NCBI RefSeq assembly: GCF_964355755.1
Contig: NC_092675.1
Coordinates: forward strand, 11,713,812-11,777,811
Reading direction: 5' to 3'
DNA length: 64,000 nucleotides
Source: Antedon mediterranea
Lineage: Eukaryota > Animalia > Echinodermata
Shown here: piece after piece, positions 1 to 11,722 of the stretch
How positions within the stretch are numbered: the first letter of the stretch is position 1
Layout: every line of letters starts with the position of its first letter
The notes under the pieces: generated by a model
Databases searched by the model: none
Told to the model about the DNA's origin: nothing
The model's input: the letters and a program-made list of their open reading frames with translations, nothing else
Program-made: the position numbers and the translations under genes

Positions 1-155
1 TGGGTACCCTCATCTCCTTTCCACGCTGCCTTTACAGAGAATCCTAACAGACCTGGGTTCGGAAATATGTATTCCAATGTTTCAGGTCTGTTAGGATTCT
101 TTGTAAAGGATCCATATTGATGACAGCGTGGAAAGGAGATGAGGGTACCCAGGCT
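1..155. mobile_element. Small MITE (left TIR cut by the window edge)
   Basis: tgggtaccctcatctcctttccacgctg (1-28) is the reverse complement of cagcgtggaaaggagatgagggtaccca (~124-151); inner inverted pair agaatcctaacagacctg / caggtctgttaggattct. Confidence 0.75.
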
Positions 156-224
156 TAGGCCTAAGAGGTTAAAACAAAATCGCGAGCGGGAATGACATAC
201 GCCGCCAATAGTTTGACTTTTCAA

Positions 225-415
225 TTCAATTCAAACATTTCATTTAAAACATTTCATTCAAAACATTTCATTCAAAACATTTCATTCAAAACATTTCGTT
301 CAAAACATTTCATTCAAAACATTTTATTCAAAACATTCAATTCAAAACATTTCATTCAAAACATTTCATTCAAAACATTCAATTCAAAGCATTCAATTCA
401 AAACATTTCATTCAT
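225..415. repeat. 14-bp minisatellite (ttcaaaacatttca)n
   Basis: About 13 degenerate tandem copies visible directly. Confidence 0.9.
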
Positions 416-552
416 ATATCGCGCCATTCAATTCCTATCGATGCATTTAATTCACATATCGCGTCATAAAATTCATATCATTGAAATGTTGCGTAAACGG
501 CGTTCCATATGTACCTTTCGGCTTTCCTAAATACTTCTTCTATGCGATCACT

Positions 553-974
553 TCATTTGGATGATGCTGCTTTTTCAAGTTGTTTTATTCGTGCTCGTAG
601 TCTACATATTTTCACTCGATCTGCTGTATTCTTTCTATTCTCCTTTTTTCTCTCCCGTACAACTGACTCATTTGATTTACTAGAACTTTGGATCGATCCT
701 AAAACCAATCCTAATACATTGTATTACAGGTAATAGTAAATACAACATTATCAGCACTTTACTAACTAAAACATTTGTCTTAAATGTAATACAATGCCGA
801 AATGTGTGTAAGGCATACCAATAGACCACTATGGAACATTCAGTATGTGTTCAAACTGAACGATAAGATAAAGGTTATGTAATAAACAACTACCTTCATC
901 AACTCGGTTAGTATTGCTGTGTATTGGTTCTTCATCTCTGATACAGTGGCGATGATCTGTCAAAGCTGCGCCTC
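553..974 (-). CDS. Two possible terminal coding exons (974-894 and 710-553) of an unknown small or TE-derived protein with a basic/coiled-coil tail
   Basis: AG/GT-bounded 81-nt exon after a poly-T tract splices in phase 1 to an exon reading LVLGSIQ...RERKKENRKNTADRVKICRLRARIKQLEKAASSK*. No upstream exon identified. Confidence 0.3.
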
Positions 975-1252
975 CTGAACCAAAAAAAAAAAAGTTTTTT
1001 TAGTAATTGCTATAGAATTTTTTGAGGTTCGCTTTGACAGACCTACATTCCATTGACAATATAAAGTTCGAAAAATAATTTAAATTTGAAATGTATGAAA
1101 TATAATAATAAGATTATTGCAGCATAAGATAAGATAAGATATTGTCGTGATCACAACAAGGCGAACATGAGATTTGTTTTCCTTGATGCTTATATTAGTT
1201 ATTACACACACAATACAGAAAAGTATATAAAAAGTATAACACTTAACAGTAA

Positions 1253-2737
1253 CTAGATTTAATTCGTCACTATGACGAATTATAGGTTATATGCATTGAT
1301 TTAAATAAAGATAATTGATTTTTAAAAGATATATTGATTGATTGATTTTCTCAGAATCTTTAATTATTTATAATATATGATAGGACCTTGCTAACGCGAA
1401 CACCATAGCCGGTATCACAATCCGATCAAAGATCCATATGCGTATAATGTCATAAACCACATTTGTTGTTACATAATAATAAAGACATAAGTAAATTTTT
1501 ATCTAGATTTCATTATAAATCATGTGTATAATCTATACACTAAGAAATAAATTTGAACAAACAATACGGATAATAAAAAAAAAATCTTATTTCGTTTCCC
1601 AAGGTGAGACTCGATCTCGGTACCTTGAATGCCATAGACACGAGCACAGACCACCGAGCCGTACACAACTGACTAAAAGTTGTAGAAAAATTCCTCCGTG
1701 TATTTACTATGCAGTAACCACTTTGATGCAAATAGATTATTACATACTGAAATGAATTATAATTTTTTACTATGATGACATCTTTAAAATGTATACAAAT
1801 GATGCACTGTCAAACTACATACTTTTAACTTTAATATATGAATTTTTGAAGGAAGAAAGTTAATGTTAAGTTTGTTATTTTGGCCTAAGAAAATGTCATA
1901 ATTTGTTTGATTGTCGAAATTATGTTTTTTTAATTTAATATGCAATTAATGATGACTTAATCAACTTTTGTTCTCTTAATTTGATAATAAATCATACATA
2001 TGATACATACACTTCAAGAAAATGAAATAAAAAATAGGTGTTCCCCTGCATTCTGACGATATATATTAATTTTAAAATTTAGCATATTTTCACCATTTTG
2101 TTAACTTATACGTGCGTAGCCAGTCACTTTTGACGTGCTCGTATAACGCAATTTCGAGTTGAAACCTGAATCAAATATGATGATATTATTAAAGAAAGAT
2201 TGTAAAACAGAAATCGGGCAAAAAGAGTGCGCATTAACGTTTAACGCGCAGTGCGCGTGCAAAAATCTGCGCACTCATGGCAATTTTTTAAACGCTTAAA
2301 ATTGCCTGAAACGTACTCTAATTTCATCGAAAATAAATTTTGACAATTTTGAACATTTTAAGCGCGCGTACGCAAGCGTTATATGCGCTACGCACGTAAT
2401 TTAATTGCCATATGATGAAATATGACCTGAAATTTATGAGTACCAAATTTTGTTTAATTGTGATTCATGCTTGTGAAGATATGATTACAAACGTGATTTC
2501 GTAAAATCGCGCGTAGACCGCGTAATTTTTGATTACGCATCGTGAAAATATAACCACATCGATTCCTGGCCATAAGGAATATACTCTGAAAACTTGACTT
2601 AGCTAGATGAAACTGATGCCAAGATAATGCACGGACAAAATAGTGCTAAGGAAAGAATAAATAAATAAATAAATAAATAAATAAAGATTTTGACAGAATC
2701 AAGAGGTTATATGCATATCATGCATATAACCTAATAA
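1253..2737 (-). mobile_element. Non-autonomous Helentron/HINE-like element
   Basis: 5' palindrome aggttatatgca-tatca-tgcatataacct (2704-2732); matching subTIR at 1284-1295; 3' hairpin aattcgtca-cta-tgacgaatt (1261-1281); CTAG end at 1253-1256; (taaa)n tract after the head; body resembles the 49-61 kb array units. Confidence 0.75.
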
Positions 2738-2845
2738 ATATCAATACAATATAAAGACTAAATTAGAAAACGTACATGGTTACAAGAGGGATTTAATCAA
2801 ACTTACTTTTTATCCTGTCACCATTGCTGCTGTGAATTGGATTGA

Positions 2846-4286
2846 CTAGATGGTACGCTCGCTTCGCTCGCGTACCATCTAGGTCGTGCCCACAGATGGT
2901 TCTCGAATACATAATAATTTCAGCGTTAAAAAACTGGCGATTTCAAATGTACGTACCGCAGGACAATAATACATGTCGTTTACAGGAACGAATAAATAGA
3001 CACTGTGATTTATGTACTGAACTAAAATTAGCACCCTGCTGGGAATTACTTCCGAAAGAGAAACTTGTCACAAAATGAGACCAATTGTTTAAGTCAAATT
3101 TAAACAAACTTAATTTGTGTTTGTATGTAACAGGGTTGAGGGATAGGAAAGAGGATGGGTGCAAAGAGGAACACTTTTTAAATATATTCTTTATCCATGT
3201 AGTAACGAAATATTAATTGTTTTCATGTTTTACTAATAATATACCACTAAACACAGTAAAACATTGCGATGTAATACTTTGTTGAAACTATCACCGTCCT
3301 AGTCGATTGAAATAGTACAGTACATGTAACGATACAACGACGTGTATGTTTATATAATGTAAGACAATTTGTGAAAACCACTTCTATTCGTGGCAAATCA
3401 TAAATTCGATTTAATTGTCAATAAATATTAAATTATCTAACTCAACTTAATTAGTAGGCCTAATGGTTTTCAATTGTTTCTTAGAGCCAATTCATACTTA
3501 AGTTGGTTCCTACCCTACCCACCAAAGTTGCGTTTAGGGCATGTGATGCACCGTAGGCCTATCCTCTACTGGCTTTACAACACTACTCATGCCAGTGTAG
3601 TGAGGGAAGGGTGATGATGTCACGTGGGTGGTTTAACTGCAATAATAAAGATTTGTACATAATATACGGCGACTGAAAACGCTAGCTCATTATCCGTTTA
3701 AAAAAATCTATATCCAACCTCTGCAGCACAGATTGAAAAAAAAATGGATCGAATTTCTGTTATGAGTATACAGTACTTGCCTTTACGACACCTGAAGGAA
3801 TAGACACTTGTGGAACAGAGATTGGAATGTTCCATTCATCGCAAATCAATACATTTGTATAAACGTATATTAAATCTATCAAAATAGGTTTTTTTAAAGA
3901 AAATCGGCCTGTCTTCAACATTATGATGCTGTACTCAAGCTGTTCAACCGGTTTTCAGCCATTAAAAACAATTATCGTAGGAGGAGATAGGAAAATGCGA
4001 AGCATCCTCGTATTATTGTCTGCGGGTATTTTTCAAGATGGACATACATTAGACAGTGTATACCACGATCGGAAAACACCCCTATTTGGGGCAAATCGTT
4101 GAACCTAAATTCGTTTTAATCGTCAATAACTAATTATCGAACTCAATTTAATTAGTAAACAGGGTTACATCAGGTGGTTAAAATCAGTACCGAAAGTACG
4201 AACCAACTTTATATACCATCGAGTAAACATTCTAGAAATTACGCGCGATTTACCGAATTTTGCCCTTACGTAAATTTATATATAGA
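2846..4286 (-). mobile_element. Non-autonomous canonical Helitron
   Basis: On the minus strand A|TCTATATA start at 4286; 3' hairpin ctagatggtacgc-gagcgaagcga-gcgtaccatctag ending CTAG|T at 2846; no TSD, AT target. Confidence 0.8.
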
Positions 4287-4660
4287 TGTTTGGTGTGTAC
4301 TGCATGACGGTTGGTGTGTAGGCCTACTGCATGACCATTGGTGTGTACTGCATGATAAATGTGAACTGAAGGCAGAGGAGGCGTTCCATACCACCTAGCA
4401 TAACATTTAATTTCCATCGCGCTGCTGCTGCTGGTGACCACACTACTGCGACTAAATCATACGTTTTCAGTGTCTAGGCCTATTGATCCATCAAAATGGT
4501 GAGTATTGACAAAATATATTTATTGGTAAAGTGTAATTGGATCTAATTTATTATATTAATTATTAGCCTAGCCTAAAAAGACGAATAGGCTAGGCAGAGG
4601 CTATTACTATTAGTAGGCCTACTACTGTACTACTACTACTACTAGCCTAGCCTACTACTA

Positions 4661-5116
4661 GCAAAGATTATATAGCGCCGCTACGCGGCGCAAGATAGGT
4701 AACTGTTGCCAAGCTCCTATCTTATAACACTACGCGCCCAGTAAATCCATAGACGCCATTCGGGCGGACAGGTTATTATTGTGATTTAAATGTAAATGGT
4801 TTAAATTTTGCGGTCCGCCTCGAAGTATCTGTGGTTAACCATCTTTATGATTGATTCATGGAAAAGGGAAGAAATTATCTAAACAAAGTAAAATAAAAGT
4901 TTCTTTGGCATCTGGACACTTTCCGATTAATTCTGTGTGTTTACATTGATATGCTTGGTTAGACAACTTCGTTCTTTAACCGAAACATCGTGGATATTGC
5001 CTTGACAACGACTTTATTCCGGTTCAAACTTGTCCGCCGGAATGGCGTCCATGGATTACAAAGGTCTCACCCAGTTACCTATCTTGCGCCGCGTAGCGGC
5101 GCTATACAATCTTTGC
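4661..5116. mobile_element. MITE with ~45-bp TIRs flanked by TA
   Basis: gcaaagattatatagcgccgctacgcggcgcaagataggtaactg ... cagttacctatcttgcgccgcgtagcggcgctatacaatctttgc; TA on both sides. Confidence 0.85.
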
Positions 5117-5124
5117 TACTAGTA

Positions 5125-5447
5125 CCAAAGATTATATAGCGCCGCTACGCGGCGCAAGATAGGTAACTGTTGCCAAGCTCCTATAACGCGCCCAGTAAAT
5201 CCATGGACGCCATTCGGGCGGACAGGTTATTATTGTGATTTAAATGTAAATGGTTTAAATTTTGCGGTCCGCCTCGAAGTATCTGTGGTTAACCATCCTT
5301 ATGATTGATTCATGGAAAAGGGAAGAAATTATGTAAACAAAGTAAAATAAAAGTTTCTTTGGGATCTGGACACTTTCCGATTAATTCTGTGTGTTTACAT
5401 TTATATGTTTGGTTAGACAACTTCATTCTTTAACCGAAACATCATGG
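5125..5447. mobile_element. Second, right-truncated copy of the 4661-5116 MITE
   Basis: Near-identical to 4661-4993 with one small deletion; right TIR absent. Confidence 0.85.
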
Positions 5448-5929
5448 CTAGGCTCGCGCTAACCGCTCGCCAATTCGCCAATGGCGACTGGAGTCTCCAT
5501 TTGGCGAAAATAATTATTGCCTCGTTCGCCAAATTGGCGAAAACACATTTCCAAGCCTAGGCCTAGCCTGATCGGCGTGACTTCTTATGGGAGCGACAAT
5601 TCGCCACACTTCGGTACTTTCTGACTCGGGTACACGTTTTACCACCACAGCATTTTATGTGACGACGTCACGATCGCCTTATTCATTTTTTTTTAGTTCT
5701 GTTTAAACATGCTCAGAGCGTGCCTCGATGACGTTTTAATGACACACGGTTAATGTGATTGGTTCGTGGCCGGCCGTCGTCGACGTGATGATGAGCGAAT
5801 AAAACTAAAAGGGGAAGTCCCTATTCTTCGACGTAGAAAATGAACTTCGAGAAGAAAATGTAAACAGCAACATGTGGACGAATACTTCCGTAAACGAGGC
5901 TGTTCTGTTATTTAAAAAGGGGAATTTTA

Positions 5930-6462
5930 AATTTAACAAAGTAATTACCTCAATAGTATAATGTTAACATGTTTAATTTTATTTCCCTTTCGATTATTCT
6001 AACCGAAAGTTGCGCTTTAAATTGAATAGCTAAGAAACAGCGTATACTACAAGTACAACGGGAACCCTGGCCAAAGCGCGTTTCGGCCGCCTACATAGAA
6101 TGGGTTACGGCCGCTGCATAGCAAATTCAAAGCTTCTTAAATTTCTGCGGTACATTTCTTCCTAACGTACTTGTTTTATATAATAGATTGATAAATATTC
6201 CACTTATTAAATAATTTAATAAATCGGTAAAATTGACGTTTCGAAGCAAATATTCCATGATGAGAGGCGACATTTTTCGACATGCCTTGTGTGCGGCGAA
6301 GACTAGTTCAGAAAATGGAACAGTCCACTGCGGGGGTTATCCAATCATTAATTAACGCGCTAATACATGCATACCATGCACATTGCCTGGGCGACGGTAA
6401 TTTAGTAATAAGCGGAGAACGGAATCCCCCGTAAGGAAAATGGTAAACACTGATATTTATGG
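5930..6462. repeat. ~530-bp repeat, inverted copy at ~13139-13684
   Basis: e.g. gtaaggaaaatggtaaacactgatatttatggta vs taccataaatatcagtgtttaccattttccttac; colinear over the whole length. Confidence 0.9.
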
Positions 6463-8221
6463 TAGGGATTATTTTCGTAAGTGGTTGGTCTTGTTGGCCT
6501 CTTCGCACGACGACCACTCAAAGACAAATAAAACAATGTAGTTTATCAAACAGAAATATAAATTAGGTTCAATTCAATACTAAATTCCCCAGATTTTGAT
6601 AATGAGAAAGACTCAAAAATGTAATTTTTATCGGAAAAATTGACATTTGAGGCGGATGTACAGTACATAATAATAATAACCGATTTACATATCAAAATAA
6701 AGAGTATTTAAAGCCTGATAACATGCAACAAAAATTACTCCACCACCTATTATGGTCGCCGAGCGATCGTGTTTTGAAAATGGGTTGGTGTTTTCCGAAG
6801 TTATTTTTAGCGCGCGGATTTCGGCTCGCCAGCTTTTGTACCTCCTTTTTAACTCGCGTTTTCTATTAAAATATTTAATAAACATAAATTAAAAATATAT
6901 ATAAATAAAATCTTAAACAAGATCTTTCTATACATATAAATTTTATTCACTATGGCTACATAAGAAATAGTATATTTTTAACTTCAAAGACATGTCACTT
7001 TTTGAAATTTCACGAACGTGTTAAAATCGCCATAACGAAAATCCGCTTCATCGGGATACCTACTATAATCCAGGAGTATTAGACAAAAAAAGGGCCAAAG
7101 GTAGAAATAAATATGCTAAAGCTGAATTTTTCAGGATAGGTCCCCAATGTTGTCTGGAACAACATACTAAAAGTCCCCGGGTTTCCCTGTTGTGCTTCAA
7201 CCTGATTGGGCCATTTTTCAAAATGGCGGCCATCTTAACATTATTTACCATATTTTGACAACCAGTAGGTGTAAGTAAACAATTTTGGTGTCAAAATACT
7301 TAGAAGACCAATATTTACAGTATATTCACTGTAATCACAGCTGTTTCAACCAATGTAAAATAAATAGAAAAAGTCAAGCGCCCTCAATATTGTCAGACGG
7401 CGATATGTGCCTGAGCGTGACGCCGCGCGAGTGGTTGAATCTCGTTCAACTTTCGCGACATTTGCAACTTTTATAACTACACTTTAAATTAATTTAATCA
7501 ATTTCGTCATAAATATTATAAAACCATTTTTATACTATTTGTTAGAAAATAAGATTCTTAATTACCGATTTTTTGGAAATAGTAAGTAATTAAGCATAAC
7601 AACAAGTTTACAAAATTATTTACACCCGGAAGTTTTAAAAATTAACATCGATCGGCCTAGCAAATGTAAACAATGGAAAGTTTGAAAAAATGCTTGTCAA
7701 ATTGTACACTTTTTGTTTTTATTCGTAATTTTCATAAATACTTGGAAAATCTAGGTAAAAGTTTGATTATATATGCTTACATGAGACATTGAATTGTTAG
7801 GAGGTGACGGTGAAAATCTCAAGAAATTTTCATTTAAAAACTCGACTGTTTTGTTAAATGCGAAACAGCGTATTTGGCGAGAGGTCGATGAACGCGGCTG
7901 ATAACCGCTCGCTAGGCTGTACGCAACTAGGCCTAGGTTGTAGCTAGGCCTAGTTGGTACGTATAAGTAGTGTAATCATACTATACATCATTTTAATTTA
8001 CAATAGAATAAATAATAAGCTTAATTATTATCATTGTATTTATTTCAACTGAATATAATTCATCATAAATGTAAAAATTTAGTAAAACTACTAACTACCA
8101 GGCCTAGCTAGGCCCTTAAAATTAAAGCCTAGGCCTATACAAAAATACTCAAACTACTGTATGATAAATATAATATAACATTAAAGGTTGGTAAAATTAA
8201 AATTTCTTTTCTTTTTTGTAG

Positions 8222-8540
8222 GCAACACAGTTTCACGAAAAGGCTTTACGTTCTACTTGCTTCTGTTGTGGAACAAAATTTAAAGAAAAGGATAAAAAAT
8301 ACAACTTAAAAAATATGAAAACCATCACAAATTTGCACTAAATCTAACAAATGTAAAATTACAACCTATATACATTTATACAACCTGCCATTCGCGAATT
8401 TTCAATGGATACTGTATACTACCACGCTAACATTTAAATTAACAGGGCATGGACCAAATTGCTTGGCATGCTACACTTCAACAACAACTATGACCTGGGC
8501 CAAAACTACATTCACAAGTGAAAGAACACACTGGCGTTTA
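8222..8540 (+). pseudogene. Frameshifted N-terminal transposase relic with a RAG1-N-terminus-like Zn motif
   Basis: After a ttttgtag acceptor: ATQFHEKALRSTCFCCG...; then QPIYIYTTCHSRI; then GHGPNCLAC. Order and spacing recall RAG1 HxxxLRxxCxxCG ... HPxxxCxxC ... HxPxCxxC. Confidence 0.6.
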
Positions 8541-8895
8541 AGGGAACAGTTTTTTGTCTGGTACAGCTGCTCCATAATCTGCTTTTCTTCTTTATATCTT
8601 CACTCTTTTTGAAAGTTTATACTAACAAATTTAATTAAATGAACATACCTCATAATCAAATAACTGTTTTCTCATCCTAATTTATATACATAGTTTAAAA
8701 AACGCCAATTTTCAATTAAGATTACATCATACATTGTATATTTCTATTCAACAAAATTGTCAGAACTTTCTATTATTTAAATGTCTAAGATAGTCAGATC
8801 TTGGGTCCATTCTACAGTCACCACAGATTGACTTTTTCATCACAAAATTTCTGAAATTATAAAATGTATTAATGTGTAAATTAAGTATTTTTTAA

Positions 8896-9108
8896 TTCCA
8901 TAAAAATATCATACAAGTATTTTTAGCAGAATACAGGCATATTGCACCAGGTGTAATACAGCCTAAGCTACATATGCTTGAGCACCATGCTATTGCATTC
9001 ATGAGAGAATGGAAGTGGGTCTCTGAGCAAGGCGGGGAGCTAATACATGCCAAACTCAACCGTCACAAAACAGCAGTGTGGATTAGAGTCAAACTTAGAC
9101 TCATCTGA
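8896..9108 (+). pseudogene. C-terminal DDE transposase relic (Chapaev/Transib/RAG1-related H..H..E region)
   Basis: Reads FLAEYRHIAPGVIQPKLHMLEHHAIAFMREWKWVSEQGGELIHAKLNR, matching the PKxHxLxxH ... SEQGxExxH motif. Confidence 0.75.
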
Positions 9109-9369
9109 TTTTCACATCTCCAATGATACAAAATGAAATAATAAAACCCAACAAATGCAAGAAAGCCAACAAAGAATGATTCATTAACATTAATGATCAT
9201 AAAATATTGTACATTTTTAAATGTTAAAGGAATATTGCATTGTATTGATTTCCTTTTAACAATGCCTAATGATAATGAATATGTAAAAGTAATACTATAG
9301 TATGTCTATATTTCAATTACTAACTAATTACTATTGATTGATAGTACTACTGCTGTACTGTACATGTGT

Positions 9370-11722
9370 TAGTGATTGATTGTTAAAGTTACAAATTCAT
9401 AGCATGGTAAACACAATTTAAAATTTACTAGTTCTTGAACAGTAAAATAAACTTACCTATATAGATGGTAGGTATAGGTATTGGTCCAAATCTGTTTAAA
9501 ATGTTTTAGCCATTTTGGGTTGCCGCTATATATGTACCTAAAAAATAGTAATAGTAATAGTATAACATTATAATAAGAATTAATTAAAATTAACTTATTA
9601 AATTTACTATGGTTGCATACATACTAATTTGAATATGCAGTGATGAGCAAAAACAAATGTTAAAATTCATTATTTATAATAATTGTAATTATTACATACA
9701 GGGTAGGCCTATATGCCTTATGTCATTGCATAGGGTATATATAACCAGGTATCCTCATAATAAACATTATTTGTAATAAATACTGTAAATATATTAAAAA
9801 TAAAAATGAATAATAATTAAATAATAATATATAGGCATAGAGCCTCTAGGCCTAATTAGGTAGCCTACTAATACCTAGCCTATTGCTCTAGGCTAGGCTA
9901 AATAAGCTGGAAAGCTACTTCTCTGTAGGCTGCTAGTGCAAGAGAGCACAGGTCTAGCTAGTATATTAAAATAAAAATAGGGCCTATAATATAGGCCTAG
10001 CCTACCCAGCCAGTGGTAGTGATTGGTTGTTAATATTGAAAATTAATAGCATGGTAAACACAATTTAAAATTTACTAGTTCTTGAACAGTAAAATAAACT
10101 TACCTATAATATAGATGGTAGGTATAGGTATAGGTATTGGTCAAAATCTGTTTAAAATGATTTTTCCACTTCGGGTTGCCGCTATGTACCTAAAAAATAG
10201 TAAAACATTACTATAAGAATTAATTAAAATTAGCTTATTAAATTTAATATGGTTGCATACATACTAATTTGAATATGCAGTGATAAGCAAAAACGAATGT
10301 TTAAATTCATTATTTATAATATTGTAATTGTAATTATTACATACAGGGTAGGCATATATGCCTTATGTCATTGCATAGGGTATATATAACCAGGTATTCT
10401 CATAATAAACATTATTTAAATAAAATACTGTAAATATATTAAAACTAAAAATAATAATAATTAAATAATAATATATAGGCGTAGAGCCTAGACCTAATTA
10501 GGTAGTCTACTTATACCTAGCCTATTGCTCTAGGCTAGGCTAAATAAGCTGGAAAGCTGCTTCTCTGTAGGCTGCTAGTGTTAGAGAGCACAGGTCTAGC
10601 TAGTATATTAAAATAAAAATAGGGCCTATAATATAGGCCTAGCCTACCCAGCCAGTGGTAGTGATTGATTGTTAATATTGAAAATTAATAGCATGGTAAA
10701 CACAATTTAAAATTTACTAGTTCTTGAGCAATAAAATAAACTTACCTACTGTATATAGATGGTAGGCTGCTAGGTATTGGTCCAAATCTGTTTAAAATGT
10801 TTTTGCTACTTCGGGTTGCCGCTATGTACCTAAAAAATAGTAAAACATTATTATAAGAATTACTTAAAATTAGCTTATTAAATTTAATATGGTTGCATAC
10901 ATACTAATTTGAATATGCAGTGATGAGCAAAAACGAATGTTAAAATTCATTATTTATAATAATTGTAATTATTACATACAGGGTAGGCATATATGCCTTA
11001 TGTCATTGCATAGGGTATATATAACCAGGTATTCTCATAAGAAACATTATTTAAATAAATACTGTAAATATATTAAACAAAAATTAATAATAATTAAATA
11101 ATATTAGGCCTATATAGGCGTAGAGCCTAGCCTAATTAGGTAGCCTACTTATACCTAGCCTAATTGCTCTAGGCTAGGCTAAATAAGCTGGAAAGCTGCT
11201 TCTCTGTAGGCTGCTGCTAGTGATAGAGAGCACAGGTCTAGCTAGTATATTAAAATAAAAATAGGGCCTATGATATAGGCCTAGCCTACCCAGCCTAGCC
11301 TACCCAGCCAATGAATATGATGCTTGTCATTATTTATATTGTAATTATTACATACATATAGGCCTATAATATTCCCTATTGCATACATGTTACATAGGGT
11401 ATATATAATCCTCATAATATTAAATTTACAGTTTTTGTAATGAATACTGTAAATTTAATAAAACTAAAATTAATTATAATGATTAAATAATATTAAAAAT
11501 ATATAGGCCTAGGCGTAGATCCTGGGCCTAATTTTAATTAGGTAGCCTACTAATACCTATTAGGCTAGTAGGCTAGCCTACTCAAGGCCAGGCTAACTAA
11601 GCCGGAAAGCTGCTTCTCTGTAGTAGGCTGCTAGAGAACACAGGTCTAGCAAGGGCCTAGGCCTAGTATTAAAATAAAAATAGGGCCTATAATATTGGTA
11701 TATGCCTACCCTACCCAGCCAG
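9370..11722. repeat. ~645-bp tandem repeat, 3 full copies plus 1 partial/diverged
   Basis: agcatggtaaacacaatttaaaatttactagttcttga at ~9401, ~10048 and ~10690; aagctgcttctctgtag-like block at ~9912, ~10554, ~11233 and ~11607. Confidence 0.9.

Noticed and set aside
192-530. 112-aa ORF
   Set aside because: Translation of the 14-bp minisatellite.
7081-7105. Second 11/21-bp spacer asymmetry at the ends of the long-TIR pair (agacaaa to aggtagaa, vs ~25600-25633)
   Set aside because: The end alignment is ambiguous and no TSD fixes the termini, so it cannot be supported.
8570-8850. Minus-strand exon-like segments between the two transposase relics
   Set aside because: The frames I translated contain stops and no recognisable motif.
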